This document shows, one piece after another, positions 1-9,968 of a stretch of DNA of 64,000 nucleotides. The notes under the pieces are model-generated. The model worked only from the letters and a program-made list of their open reading frames with translations, had not been told where the DNA came from and did not search any database. Position 1 is the stretch's first letter, and the number at the start of each line of letters is the position of its first letter. A program made the position numbers and the translations under genes. Source of the stretch: a virus; the IMG/VR virus record IMGVR_UViG_3300025015_000001. The stretch is one strand, 5' to 3'.

Positions 1-2189
1 ATACCCGACAAAAGCTTACCATACCATCCAGGTAAGCCCGAATAGAGTTTAAAATACTTATTTCTTATCTCTTCCGCTTGCTCTAATGTAAAATCAGTAT
101 CATACCCTTTTTTCGCATATATTACAAGACCTTGAGCGGACATACCATAAATTAGTCCAAAATTTATTGACTTCCCAGCCTGCCTTTCTTTTTTTGTGAT
201 ATCCTCTATTCTTTTATTAAAAATAGTTGCCGGTGTTATTTTATGAATATCTTTGTCTTCAATATAAGCCTGCAGCATATTTGTCTCATTAGCTATTATA
301 GCAGCTATTCTTAATTCTATCTGAGAATAATCGGCCTGTAATATATACCAATCAGGATGAGAGGGAACAAACATTTTCTTAATTTCTTTTCCCATATCCC
401 CCCTAGAGGGTACGTTTTGAAGATTTGGTGTGCTGGATGAGCTGCGGCCTGTAGCTGTTACAGCTTGATTATAATTACAATGTATTTTACCATCATTTTT
501 TAAATGATCTTGTGTTAATGGTGTTATATACGTTCCTATAGCCTTCTCGTATTTTCTATATGCCAATAAGTCTGCTACAAATGAACTTTGATTTTCTAAC
601 TTCTTAAGAGAATCAACGTCAACAGATCTTTTACCTGTATCAGTTAATTTTGGGCATTTTAATTTTAACTCATCATATATAAAATTAGCTATATCATTAC
701 TAGAATTAATATTAAAAAAGTCCTCTGCTTTCATTTTTTCAAATTCAGTTAGTAGCTTAACCGACTTAATAAAAGAATTCTGCCCATTTATATACTCATT
801 ATATGTCCATCTTTGTATTTCATTTTCTTTTTCTGGGTATAGCTCTGCGCCTAATTTTTTAATTGCCCTAAATCTTCCCGGTTCGTATAAGTTTCCTAGT
901 AGCTGATTTTTACTATCTTCATACTGCTTGAGTAATTTAACACCTTGCGCTACATCTATTTTAGATCCAGTTAATTCTATTTCGGTAAGAACTTCATTAC
1001 CGGGCATAACTACACTAAAAAATAAATCGTATAGTTCTTCTTGCTTAAGTTTTTCCATTAGTATACTATAGACTAGCATTGTATTGTGCGTGTCTTCACA
1101 ATTATATCGTGCTAAATCATTTAATGGAATCTTATCATTCTCCACACCGTCTTTTAGTACAGAATAATTTTCTGTGTATCCTAATAATTCTACTGCTAAA
1201 CGTTTAAGATTATTAGAGCTACCATCCCCTTGTGCGAGCAGGGAATTGGCTAGCATAGTATCAGCATAAGCATCTATATTAGACAATCCCAATAATTGCA
1301 TGGTATTTTTAATATCAAATTTAATATTGTGGCCTAAACGCTTAGAATTATTATGTAATATCTCATCTAAATATTTTACTACCATATCTTTTGTATAGTC
1401 TGCTATTGTTTCTGGATGATCCACTGGAATACAAAAACTCTCTAATTTATCTGTAGTAAATCCTATCGTCATAATCTTATTATGTGGAGAAAAAGCATCT
1501 AACCCATAATCTCCTCCTATAGTCTCTATGTCAAATGAATAGTATTCTGCTTCATTTAATTTTTGTTTAGCATATTCTAAATCTTCTATAGTTTTACATA
1601 GCAAAAATTTAATATCCTGCCCTGATTTTATCTCATTATTAACTATTTTACGTGCTTTTATTAAATCATTATTAAATATTTCTATTTCATTCTTATTATT
1701 AAGAACGTATTCAATATCATATATAGGAAAAATATTCAGATTATTTTTCTTAAATAATTCCCCTCTGGTCTTTTTGGGCTGAGCTTTTCCTAAGAAAAAT
1801 TTCTGAGGATAATCTCCTATAGCAATTATAAGTTTAAGATTGGGCATTTGCTCTATTAAAGCTATTAGATTTATCCCACAGGATTTAACTTGATCAATGG
1901 GGAGTGTGAATGGTAATTTAGGAAGATTGCATAATAACGAATATGTTACTACACAATTTTCTGTTGCTATATTTGCATCAATTAAGGATTGTTTTAGAAA
2001 ACGACCTTCTTGGGAGGCGAATGGGCTTTTATACTTTAGTTCCACTAAAGATGGGAAATTTCTTACTATTAGTATTTCTGATGTATCTATGTCACCAAAT
2101 ACTGGTATTTTATTCTGATCTAATTTACAGGTACTGCAATCATAAACTTTTTTTCTGCTGGTTTTAACCAACTTAGGTAATGCCGCCAT
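1..2189 (-). CDS. polA: Family A DNA polymerase with N-terminal UDG-like domain and 3'-5' exonuclease (3' end beyond window edge)
   Basis: Not in the ORF track; translated by hand from ATG 2189 (RBS AAGGAG): MAALPKLVK... ExoI FDIET, ExoII HNIKFD, ExoIII YNCED, PolA motif A ADYSQIELR and motif B RQAGKSINFGLIYG; frame open to the edge. Confidence 0.95.
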   Translation of the reverse strand, partial: MAALPKLVKTSRKKVYDCSTCKLDQNKIPVFGDIDTSEILIVRNFPSLVELKYKSPFASQEGRFLKQSLIDANIATENCVVTYSLLCNLPKLPFTLPIDQVKSCGINLIALIEQMPNLKLIIAIGDYPQKFFLGKAQPKKTRGELFKKNNLNIFPIYDIEYVLNNKNEIEIFNNDLIKARKIVNNEIKSGQDIKFLLCKTIEDLEYAKQKLNEAEYYSFDIETIGGDYGLDAFSPHNKIMTIGFTTDKLESFCIPVDHPETIADYTKDMVVKYLDEILHNNSKRLGHNIKFDIKNTMQLLGLSNIDAYADTMLANSLLAQGDGSSNNLKRLAVELLGYTENYSVLKDGVENDKIPLNDLARYNCEDTHNTMLVYSILMEKLKQEELYDLFFSVVMPGNEVLTEIELTGSKIDVAQGVKLLKQYEDSKNQLLGNLYEPGRFRAIKKLGAELYPEKENEIQRWTYNEYINGQNSFIKSVKLLTEFEKMKAEDFFNINSSNDIANFIYDELKLKCPKLTDTGKRSVDVDSLKKLENQSSFVADLLAYRKYEKAIGTYITPLTQDHLKNDGKIHCNYNQAVTATGRSSSSTPNLQNVPSRGDMGKEIKKMFVPSHPDWYILQADYSQIELRIAAIIANETNMLQAYIEDKDIHKITPATIFNKRIEDITKKERQAGKSINFGLIYGMSAQGLVIYAKKGYDTDFTLEQAEEIRNKYFKLYSGLPGWYGKLLSG

Positions 2190-2363
2190 AGTATTTCTCC
2201 TTGATAACCGCCTGTTCGGATTATTCCTACTTATTTTGGTTATTATTTATACGTATTAGGTATACTAAATTTAGTGTTATTAACTTTTTACTGGAGTAAA
2301 GACATTATTATGACAAACATAATCCATGCTCCTAAGAAAAACCCACCGAAAAAATCACGCATA

Positions 2364-2693
2364 TCACGCATTTATTATCCTATACAATTGTTTTACGGTT
2401 TTTATCTTAACTAATTTCTTATCTGGGGAGGCTTTGGCTTGCATCCCCTTTTTACCAAAGTCATTCTCAAACACAAACCAACTTATCCAATTAAAATTAT
2501 CACCAAATGATTTTTCTAATACGTTAATATAAGCATCTATGAAATAATTACCAAACTCTACTACGCCAGTATTAGACGGAGAGATCGCTTTTAGGAGCAA
2601 ATCCAACTTCTTCTGCTCTTCAAAAAAATTCTGTAAGTCTCGTACAGCAATTTCTAGATCTTCACAAGTTAAATTTGAGTTATTTTCAGACAT
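2364..2693 (-). CDS. Hypothetical protein
   Basis: Track ORF 2364-2714; ATG 2693 has AGGAG RBS; co-oriented with neighbours. Confidence 0.7.
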   Translation of the reverse strand: MSENNSNLTCEDLEIAVRDLQNFFEEQKKLDLLLKAISPSNTGVVEFGNYFIDAYINVLEKSFGDNFNWISWFVFENDFGKKGMQAKASPDKKLVKIKTVKQLYRIINA

Positions 2694-2990
2694 TATGTAT
2701 CTCCTACATAGCAATCATTATCATAATCCCAATGACAAGTATCATCAATATAAAATATGAAATATATTCCAAAAAAGAATATTTCCAAAGTGATACCAGC
2801 ATGGTCTATTTTTCTTGACCAAAAAAGTTTGTTGCTAATAAACTTACTATATTTAGTACAAAATTAAAATAGTGCTCTGTCGTGAGAATAGAAAAATTTA
2901 ATTTTAGAAATGTACTAAAGTATGGTTTAGACAAGGCTATAAATATGCGTGTTTGTTGTGGATGTCGCACCCCCCCATAACTAATATTAC

Positions 2991-3263
2991 TTAGTTAAGT
3001 ACCTCCGATAATGCTGTTGCTGTCTTAAACTTAACTACTTTCTTTGCTGGGATCTTAAGTGCCTCCCCTGTCTTAGGGTTCCTGCCATTGCGTGCTGCCT
3101 TCTGCTGCACAACCAACTTACCTACACCCTTTATAAGGAATTCATCCCCATTTTCAAGTGTCTCCCTGATTGCATTTGAGATTACTTCAAGTGTACCTGC
3201 CGCTGCTTTCTTTGAAATATCAAGCTCACTTGCTAGCGTCTCTACTAATTCTGCTGTGTTCAT
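2991..3263 (-). CDS. hup: HU/IHF-family histone-like DNA-binding protein
   Basis: MNTAELVETLA...GVGKL...ARNGRNPKTGEALKIPAKKVVKFK, the classic HU signature; GGAG RBS before ATG 3263. Confidence 0.95.
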   Translation of the reverse strand: MNTAELVETLASELDISKKAAAGTLEVISNAIRETLENGDEFLIKGVGKLVVQQKAARNGRNPKTGEALKIPAKKVVKFKTATALSEVLN

Positions 3264-3296
3264 TCTAGTCTCCATTTTTTTTAATTTAATTTTTTA

Positions 3297-3476
3297 TTAA
3301 AATATAATTTTCTTAATATAAGTACTCTTAATCTGATTAAGAGTCATAGAAGCTACTTCCTTCTCCACAGTGCTTTTGCGCTTTGCCATTACAGCAAGAT
3401 CGCTATTCACACATTTTACCAGATTTCCTATCTTATCTACTGCCACAAACCATTCATTCTTTTTTAAGCTGGCCAT
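3297..3476 (-). CDS. 59-aa hypothetical protein
   Basis: Hand-translated MASLKKNEWFVAVDKIGNLVKC...; strong AGGAGG RBS. Confidence 0.65.
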   Translation of the reverse strand: MASLKKNEWFVAVDKIGNLVKCVNSDLAVMAKRKSTVEKEVASMTLNQIKSTYIKKIIF

Positions 3477-3617
3477 TTTTTTAACCTCCTTTCTTTAATT
3501 TTTTTCTGCTCGCTCTCGCTATGTCCCAATGTCTAGTTTTGGTAGAATTACTTTTCTTCTCATGTCTTTCGGCGAATCACCGACAGTATGTGACACATTA
3601 GCAATCTTTATAAATAG

Positions 3618-3646
3618 ATATTACCATGAATTTAGTGCAAAGTCAA
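3618..3646 (-). promoter_or_regulatory. sigma70-type promoter
   Basis: TTGACT-17 nt-TAATAT upstream of the 59-aa ORF and hup. Confidence 0.65.
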
Positions 3647-3746
3647 GAAAAATCTTATCCGCATTTATTGTAATTACAAGATAGACATTTTCTACAGCCT
3701 TCTTGAAACACTAAAGCATCGCCGCAATTAGGGCAGGTGTTTTTAT

Positions 3747-6700
3747 TTAAAGTTCACAACTACCAGAAGTACAGGCTAATTCCTGACTACCAATAGTCTT
3801 ATCCTCCTGTTCATATATTTTCAGTAAATCCCAATCAATTTTAACAGGCATATCTTCTATTAAAGAAAGATATTCTTTTTCTGAGATACTTTCATAAGGT
3901 TGTTGTTTATATGTATGCTCTGCTAAAGGTAAAAAAGAAACCCCACCTATTGAATCAAAATGCTTGTAAACCCATGCTCCCACATCTAACCATTCTTCTT
4001 CTTTAACGTATACAGTTATGGAAGGATTATGCTCACACCAACTTTCTCGATAATGTAGCCAATGCTCTAATTGTTTAATAGCATTAATATCCTCTACACA
4101 TATAGCAGAATCTGGACTTTTTTGGGGGAAACTAAATATATACAAAGAAGTGTTTAGGAGGTCTTCCTCATATGGAATTTTATGTTCAATAAGAACAGAA
4201 GATATTGGATCTTTTTTATCTAATCTAATCCTTCTTATAAAGAACTTTGAAAACCTTGGATGAATGCCTGACGAAGAATTAACTAACTGTGAAACTGTAC
4301 CAGAAGGCTTAACTGCTGTTATAGCCATAGCAGAATTTATTCCCAATATCTCAGCATATTCCTTGTTAGTTGTAATAGCTATATTTTTTAGAGAGTCTAG
4401 TAGACTTGGAAGTTTTTCCATATTTGATAATATTGAAAAATTTATGTTATCCATAATACCTGTCAAAGAGACACCTAGTAATGCCTCTTCTTTTGTATTA
4501 TCTGTCCATATCTTTCGTAAATATCTAAAATCAGACAGTGTTGCCTGTAGCGTCCCTAAAATAGTTGCTAATTTTACTTTAGTTTGAATAGCCTCTATAG
4601 TATCAAAATCTCGTATAATGACCTCTGAAAGATTACATACTTGATTTGGTCGTAAAATTATCTCAGCGCAGGGGTTCATTCCAAAATCTCTACCACTATC
4701 CCTCCTACCTGTTTTTTCTGCCTGTGCTTGTAGTGCTTTTCTATTAATAATCCCTCGTTCCCCACTTTTACTATTATAAAGAGATAACCATTCCTGTATA
4801 AAAATACCTGTATCTGGACGCTCTGTATAAACTGCTGAGTTATTGGCAAGCTGTCTTTGTGGATTTTCTATCCACCACTGCCCATTTTTTGCAACACGCA
4901 TTCTATCATCAGAAACATTTGATAAACTTATCAATGATGAATTATGGGTGAGAATCCCACTTACTAAGAAACAGGCATCATTCTCCACCTGAATATCATA
5001 AGTATTTTTTTCTATTTCTGTCTTTTCAACACCTACAACTTTAATTGGTAGGTAAGTAAATTCTTTATTAGTAGTTTTAATGAATTTATGAAAACTTAAG
5101 TATATAGCTGATTTTCTTCTACAACTACAGTAGGAAGATGAAAACAATTTTTTATAAGAGGATTTTTTTAATAGATTTTCGGGGACAACATATCCTCGTT
5201 CAGCTCTTTTTTCTACAAAAGAAGAGTCTTTTTCCCATTTAGAAGAGTATTTACCTATCTTCTGTCCAAAATCTTTAACTATGAATTGTCCTATAAGATT
5301 TAATCTATATAAACTTTTCCAATTAGGCTTATAATTTTCTTTTCTATCCAATTTTAAACAGGAAGGGATTCCTAAAGATGCTAATAATCCCTGTACCTGC
5401 TTTAGATATTCAGGGTACACTGAAGAAGCAACACAAATGGGTCTATTTCTTAGACTTCCATCAGCATCAAAAAGTCCTGCTATATATGCAGCCCGTATTT
5501 CAGATGTTCCTTCTAATATAAAGGTAGGAATATCAATACTTATTTTAGGTTTTTTAAATTGAGAAAGATATTCCGCTAATTGTTTAGAGGCAACTTCTGG
5601 TTTAGAACAATTTTCAGTAGTCATATGTTTAGGATTTATTTTTATACCAAAGCGTTCTAATTGTCTCATGACTCTCTTATGCTGCTCTGGTAGAGTATTA
5701 GCACATGCTATTGTGACTTTATCTGAACAATCATTTATCTTCCTATCAAATGTTCCTACATAACCATCCCCATGTAGCTGTCCAAAAAACCAAGCTAATT
5801 CTTCATCTAATTCAGGAATGGTAATATCTTTACAAGTTGAGGACATTTTAGGTTTATTGTACAACCATGAAGGTAATTGAGTTTTAGTGCCCTCAGTGGT
5901 TTCTGGAATAAACACTAAAGTATCAGTCTCTGCTAAATCTTTAGCCTCTTTATAAGAAACACCCCCCTCTAAATCTGACAATACTGCCCATCTATGCTCA
6001 TAACTACTCTCAAATACCCCCAACTGTGTTTTAATAGCTATCATATTTTTTAAACCTGTATTCTCAACAGCAATAACTTTAGAATATTTATCTTTCCCTG
6101 TAGCTACTTCATCATCTATAGTGATATCTTTTATTTTTTTCAATCCTTTTCGTGTACTTATCATAGAATTTTCAGGTAAACATCTACGAACTCCACCAGA
6201 TACTACAACTTCAGCTACTTTGCACATCAAATCATGACATTCAATAGAAGTCAACTTTCGACCAGAAGCCCCTTTAAAAATCTGAACAGCAAATTTAAAT
6301 AATGCTTCCAAAGGTTCTTTTCCAGAAGCTCGACCACCAAAAGTTTTCAGTTTTGCCCCTTTAGGTCTAATTTTAGACATATCCCATTTAGGCACTTGTC
6401 CATTCCATAGTAAAGAAAGTAACTCCCTAAAAGCAGTTGCCCACCCTATTTTGGAATCCTTAATAATAATAATTGTATCAGTATCACTAAAAGTTTCAGC
6501 TATTTCTGGCAGTTGGTTAATGTACTGTCTTTCTACACTGAACCCAATTCCTGCACCACACATAAGAATATACATGGCCTCATCAAAAACTTTAGGTGAG
6601 TCAATTGGTGAGTAACTACAGTTAAAGGCAGCGATGTTGTCTTTTTCTAGTGCTTTTCCAGCAGTCATTAAAGCCCTCATTGAAGGCATTATTTCTTGCT

Positions 6701-6869
6701 TATACACAGCATCTCTTAATTCCTGCCAAGGAATATCTTTATCAGAGTATCTATTTTTAAAAAATCCAATATACCTATCTACCGTTTCCTCCCAATTCTC
6801 TCGCCTACCTTCTGAATCTACCCACTTTGCATATTTTGATTTATAAATAATTTCTTGGTACAAATTCAT
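3747..6869 (-). CDS. nrdJ: Class II (B12-dependent, monomeric RTPR-type) ribonucleotide reductase with intein
   Basis: PSMRALMTAG, FNCSY, GGVRR/SSLISLS, NPCAEI, CNLSEV, VKPSGTVSQL, C-terminal CTSGSCEL; 626 aa after intein removal. Confidence 0.95.
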   Translation of the reverse strand: MNLYQEIIYKSKYAKWVDSEGRRENWEETVDRYIGFFKNRYSDKDIPWQELRDAVYKQEIMPSMRALMTAGKALEKDNIAAFNCSYSPIDSPKVFDEAMYILMCGAGIGFSVERQYINQLPEIAETFSDTDTIIIIKDSKIGWATAFRELLSLLWNGQVPKWDMSKIRPKGAKLKTFGGRASGKEPLEALFKFAVQIFKGASGRKLTSIECHDLMCKVAEVVVSGGVRRCLPENSMISTRKGLKKIKDITIDDEVATGKDKYSKVIAVENTGLKNMIAIKTQLGVFESSYEHRWAVLSDLEGGVSYKEAKDLAETDTLVFIPETTEGTKTQLPSWLYNKPKMSSTCKDITIPELDEELAWFFGQLHGDGYVGTFDRKINDCSDKVTIACANTLPEQHKRVMRQLERFGIKINPKHMTTENCSKPEVASKQLAEYLSQFKKPKISIDIPTFILEGTSEIRAAYIAGLFDADGSLRNRPICVASSVYPEYLKQVQGLLASLGIPSCLKLDRKENYKPNWKSLYRLNLIGQFIVKDFGQKIGKYSSKWEKDSSFVEKRAERGYVVPENLLKKSSYKKLFSSSYCSCRRKSAIYLSFHKFIKTTNKEFTYLPIKVVGVEKTEIEKNTYDIQVENDACFLVSGILTHNSSLISLSNVSDDRMRVAKNGQWWIENPQRQLANNSAVYTERPDTGIFIQEWLSLYNSKSGERGIINRKALQAQAEKTGRRDSGRDFGMNPCAEIILRPNQVCNLSEVIIRDFDTIEAIQTKVKLATILGTLQATLSDFRYLRKIWTDNTKEEALLGVSLTGIMDNINFSILSNMEKLPSLLDSLKNIAITTNKEYAEILGINSAMAITAVKPSGTVSQLVNSSSGIHPRFSKFFIRRIRLDKKDPISSVLIEHKIPYEEDLLNTSLYIFSFPQKSPDSAICVEDINAIKQLEHWLHYRESWCEHNPSITVYVKEEEWLDVGAWVYKHFDSIGGVSFLPLAEHTYKQQPYESISEKEYLSLIEDMPVKIDWDLLKIYEQEDKTIGSQELACTSGSCEL
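4941..6182 (-). mobile_element. 414-aa intein with LAGLIDADG homing endonuclease in nrdJ
   Basis: N-terminal CLPENS, LAGLIDADG blocks FFGQLHGDG and YIAGLFDADG, C-terminal THN followed by Ser. Confidence 0.95.
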
Positions 6870-6882
6870 CAGAATCTCCTCT

Positions 6883-7011
6883 TTAATTATTTTTATAGTA
6901 TGTATCTAAAATGCGCCTCAATAGCTCTGCTATGGAAATTCCTAATTTTTCAGAATTATTTTTTAATAAAGCATACTGGTTTTCTGTTAAACAGACTTGT
7001 GTTCTTTTCAT
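6883..7011 (-). CDS. CopG-like ribbon-helix-helix protein (42 aa)
   Basis: Hand-translated MKRTQVCLTENQYALLKNNSEKLGISIAELLRRILDTYY; GGAG RBS; directly upstream of nrdJ. Confidence 0.8.
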   Translation of the reverse strand: MKRTQVCLTENQYALLKNNSEKLGISIAELLRRILDTYYKNN

Positions 7012-7095
7012 AGTACATCTCCATGACATTAATCTTACATCAATTTTACACCATTTTTATTTTAAAATCCTAAAATTCATATAATATTTTTAAGC

Positions 7096-7243
7096 CTATA
7101 ATTCCTTACAATAATCACCTTTAGCCAAATGATTGGCTACACGCCTACATAAACCCTCCCAATCCTCAATAACATTACCATCTTTATCTTTAAGATAATA
7201 AGATTTTTTCAATAAGTTTTTCTGCGTGCGGCGTTAACTGCAT
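7096..7243 (-). pseudogene. Frameshifted N-terminal relic resembling a ribonucleotide reductase large subunit
   Basis: RBS + ATG; removing one A from the A6 run (7204-7209) gives MQLTPHAEKLIEKSYYLKDKDGNVIEDWEGLCRRVANHLAKG, similar to the L-x-x-NA-x-x-VLEKRYLLKD..G..IE......RRVA start of dimeric NrdJ/NrdA-type subunits. Confidence 0.55.
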
Positions 7244-7254
7244 GTTGTTCCCCT

Positions 7255-7542
7255 TTATATAAATTTTTTACTTTCTTCTATAATATCTTTAATATCACTT
7301 ATCTCATCTTGTGTTAAATGTACTTTTGCGTAATGCTCATTTAATTCTTTAAGTAGTTCCTTAGCAGTTCTACCTACCCATTCTGTCTTTGATTCATCTT
7401 GAGGTACATCATCATGCAATCCATAATGCGCCCTTTCAGCTATTACATGAGCCAATAATTTCATTAGCAATTGTTTATTATAATGCAATTCATATGCTAA
7501 GTCAACATTTATTTTTGCTACCTTTTGCGTAGACTTTTCCAT
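7255..7542 (-). CDS. Hypothetical protein
   Basis: 95-aa ORF with AGGAGG RBS, operonic. Confidence 0.7.
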   Translation of the reverse strand: MEKSTQKVAKINVDLAYELHYNKQLLMKLLAHVIAERAHYGLHDDVPQDESKTEWVGRTAKELLKELNEHYAKVHLTQDEISDIKDIIEESKKFI

Positions 7543-7560
7543 ATTTTCCTCCTAAATGCA

Positions 7561-7785
7561 TTAATGTACTGTTGTATTACCATCTTTGTTAACAATTTTA
7601 CTTATAGCTTGTTCTAATTCTATTGGTGTGACTATTTTTTTCATAAACAACGTATCCATCATTGCTGTTATTAGCAGCATAAGTTGATCATTCTGTTTTT
7701 CTGCCATTTCTAATCTGTTAGCTAAAGCTTTAATACTATTAATAGATTGCCTAAATATTAATAATTCTTCTTCATTATCATACAT
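7561..7785 (-). CDS. Hypothetical coiled-coil protein
   Basis: 74-aa operonic ORF. Confidence 0.65.
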   Translation of the reverse strand: MYDNEEELLIFRQSINSIKALANRLEMAEKQNDQLMLLITAMMDTLFMKKIVTPIELEQAISKIVNKDGNTTVH

Positions 7786-7787
7786 CT

Positions 7788-8102
7788 TTATACACCATTA
7801 TCTATCATATTCTTTATCTTAGTTAATTGTAATGCTTCTTCTAATTCACAATTTGGTACGGTTAACATATCATCTATAGCCTCTCTTAAGGATGGGTATT
7901 TTTTAGCAGATGAAATATTACTATATGCACCGACTAAAGTAAAGCCACCAAAAACACAAGGTGGATATATAGCTGCATGAGTAGAATTATTATAGTATAT
8001 TTGTAATACCTTAGTTGTACTTGCAGCTTCACATAAAGATTTAGGGCAAAGTATGCAATCTTTTGGTTTATTTTTTATAATCTTTTCTGCATCTACTATC
8101 AC
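7788..8102 (-). CDS. LTKIK-family small protein (copy 1, Cys-containing type)
   Basis: DCILCPKSLC...PPC...SLREAIDDML...LEEALQLTKIKN shared with other ORFs in the window. Confidence 0.75.
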   Translation of the reverse strand: MIVDAEKIIKNKPKDCILCPKSLCEAASTTKVLQIYYNNSTHAAIYPPCVFGGFTLVGAYSNISSAKKYPSLREAIDDMLTVPNCELEEALQLTKIKNMIDNGV

Positions 8103-8183
8103 AGCATACTCCTAATTTTAGTTATAATTTATATTATAAGAATAGAATATTCCTTAAATAAATTTAAAAAATTTTTAAAAAAA

Positions 8184-9530
8184 TTAAATAAATAACAATC
8201 GATTTGTTTCTATATCATCCATCTCTTCATTTATGTACGCCTTAGATCTATCGAATGTGAGGGAAATTTTATCCCACTTCTTGCCTTCTTTGTTTTTGGC
8301 TGTATAAACTATAAGTTTGTTATTGTCAAGAGCTTCTTTATCTTCGTTCAGAGAAAGTACACCATGTGCTATATGAGTTTTCTCCCTGCTCTCACCAGCA
8401 TTAGTCAAGTCAACAACTTCCTTATTAAATCCTTCTGAATTAGACTGACATGCGGTTATTACTGGTATTTTATATATTTGTGCTAACCTTTTTAGATCCC
8501 TATATATTTCAGATTGCTGGTCTCTTTTTAATTCATAGTTATCAACCGGTTTCATTATATCAGCGTAATCTATTATTATAAAATCAGGAACAAAATTATG
8601 ATATCCTTCCAATAATGATAAATGGGATATAATGGTATTAACGGATATACTTTTAGCGTGGTACTCTTTTATAAGCAAATCTGAATTTTTATATTTAATA
8701 CTGTGGCCTTTCATCTTATTTTCTACTGCCTCAAATGATATATTTACTTCCCTCATTCCTATATTAGTCATTACTGCATCTAATCTATTTTCTATAAGTT
8801 CCTTTGGATCGTCTATAGAATAGAATATTCCTTTTTTATCCTGCAATAATCCAGATACACCGATATTTAGCAAGAATGATGTTTTGCCTCTATTAACTGG
8901 GGCTAGCACTACCCATAGCTCACCTTTCCCCATTCCACCGTTACACAATTCTGTTAGTGTTGGGCTAAATACAAATCTAATCTTATCTGAATTTTCCACT
9001 TTATGTAATCTATCTTCTAATCTCTGCCTATAGTCTTTGATATAAAAACTACCTAAATCATTTTTATCAACCCCTATTTTTAAAGCTTCTTCTAATTTCT
9101 TTTTAATAATCTCATAGTTACCCCCTGTATTAAAGACATCTATACCAGCAGTCATAGCCTCAAATACAGCTTGTCTTTGAGCAAAGAATTTAGCCTCGTC
9201 TCTTATGTACTCTAAGTCTTCAACATCCATTGTAAATATCTGCTGAACTAGATCAACAGTATCACTCCAATCAGCGTTGGGTTTTAGTTTAGTTAGCTTA
9301 TCAATTTTCTTTTCTAATTCCTGAGTTACTACTGTAAATGTAGGAACTGATTTATACTTATAAAAATAATCCTTTATAATCTTACATACAGTTTTATGTT
9401 CAGCTAGGGTAAAGTATGATAATTGAATTATATCGTCATACCTGACCAAAAAATCCTTATCTCTAACTAAGAGAGCTAATATCTTAGTTTGAAACTGTGG
9501 ACTGTATTTATCTGTATATTCATTAGACAT
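8184..9530 (-). CDS. Replicative DNA helicase (DnaB/T4 gp41-like)
   Basis: Walker A APVNRGKT, Walker B IIIDYAD, IPVITACQSN. Confidence 0.9.
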   Translation of the reverse strand: MSNEYTDKYSPQFQTKILALLVRDKDFLVRYDDIIQLSYFTLAEHKTVCKIIKDYFYKYKSVPTFTVVTQELEKKIDKLTKLKPNADWSDTVDLVQQIFTMDVEDLEYIRDEAKFFAQRQAVFEAMTAGIDVFNTGGNYEIIKKKLEEALKIGVDKNDLGSFYIKDYRQRLEDRLHKVENSDKIRFVFSPTLTELCNGGMGKGELWVVLAPVNRGKTSFLLNIGVSGLLQDKKGIFYSIDDPKELIENRLDAVMTNIGMREVNISFEAVENKMKGHSIKYKNSDLLIKEYHAKSISVNTIISHLSLLEGYHNFVPDFIIIDYADIMKPVDNYELKRDQQSEIYRDLKRLAQIYKIPVITACQSNSEGFNKEVVDLTNAGESREKTHIAHGVLSLNEDKEALDNNKLIVYTAKNKEGKKWDKISLTFDRSKAYINEEMDDIETNRLLFI

Positions 9531-9574
9531 TTTTTAGCGCCCTTATTAGGTGTATATTACAATTTTCAATTTTG

Positions 9575-9853
9575 TTATCTATTCTTTCCTATACCTAAAC
9601 CTAGGTAATCTGGAAAATTATCACAAAAAGTTAAATTATGCGCGGATAAACCATCAGGTATTTGCCCCACGCCTATCTGCATATAATCTACATCGTCTAT
9701 AACCTTACCTGTCTTTAGTAAACGGACTGTACATCGGTTTTGTGATGGGTGTGGGTACTTTTTAATAATCTCCAGCTCTTCTCCAGAACTTATTAAATAA
9801 TTTATCGTCCTCATCATAAAAATTACTATATACCAAACATTTAATAAATGCAA
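9575..9853 (-). CDS. Hypothetical protein
   Basis: Operonic ORF; start uncertain. Confidence 0.5.
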   Translation of the reverse strand: MHLLNVWYIVIFMMRTINYLISSGEELEIIKKYPHPSQNRCTVRLLKTGKVIDDVDYMQIGVGQIPDGLSAHNLTFCDNFPDYLGLGIGKNR

Positions 9854-9968
9854 GTAAAATCTTTCGTTACTTAAAATTTACTAGATAATGAAATCGAAAA
9901 TCATTTTCAAAACCACTCACTTTGTTTAAAAATGTAGTCACTGATAAATGATCTGGTGGTGTACAGGT

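Noticed and set aside
3490-3610. Leader hairpin or small ORFs upstream of the 59-aa gene
   Set aside because: One modest hairpin and several short, stop-interrupted frames; nothing supportable.
3716-3748. Terminator after nrdJ
   Set aside because: The imperfect hairpin pairs and has its U-tract on the plus strand, the wrong orientation for nrdJ; too weak to call.
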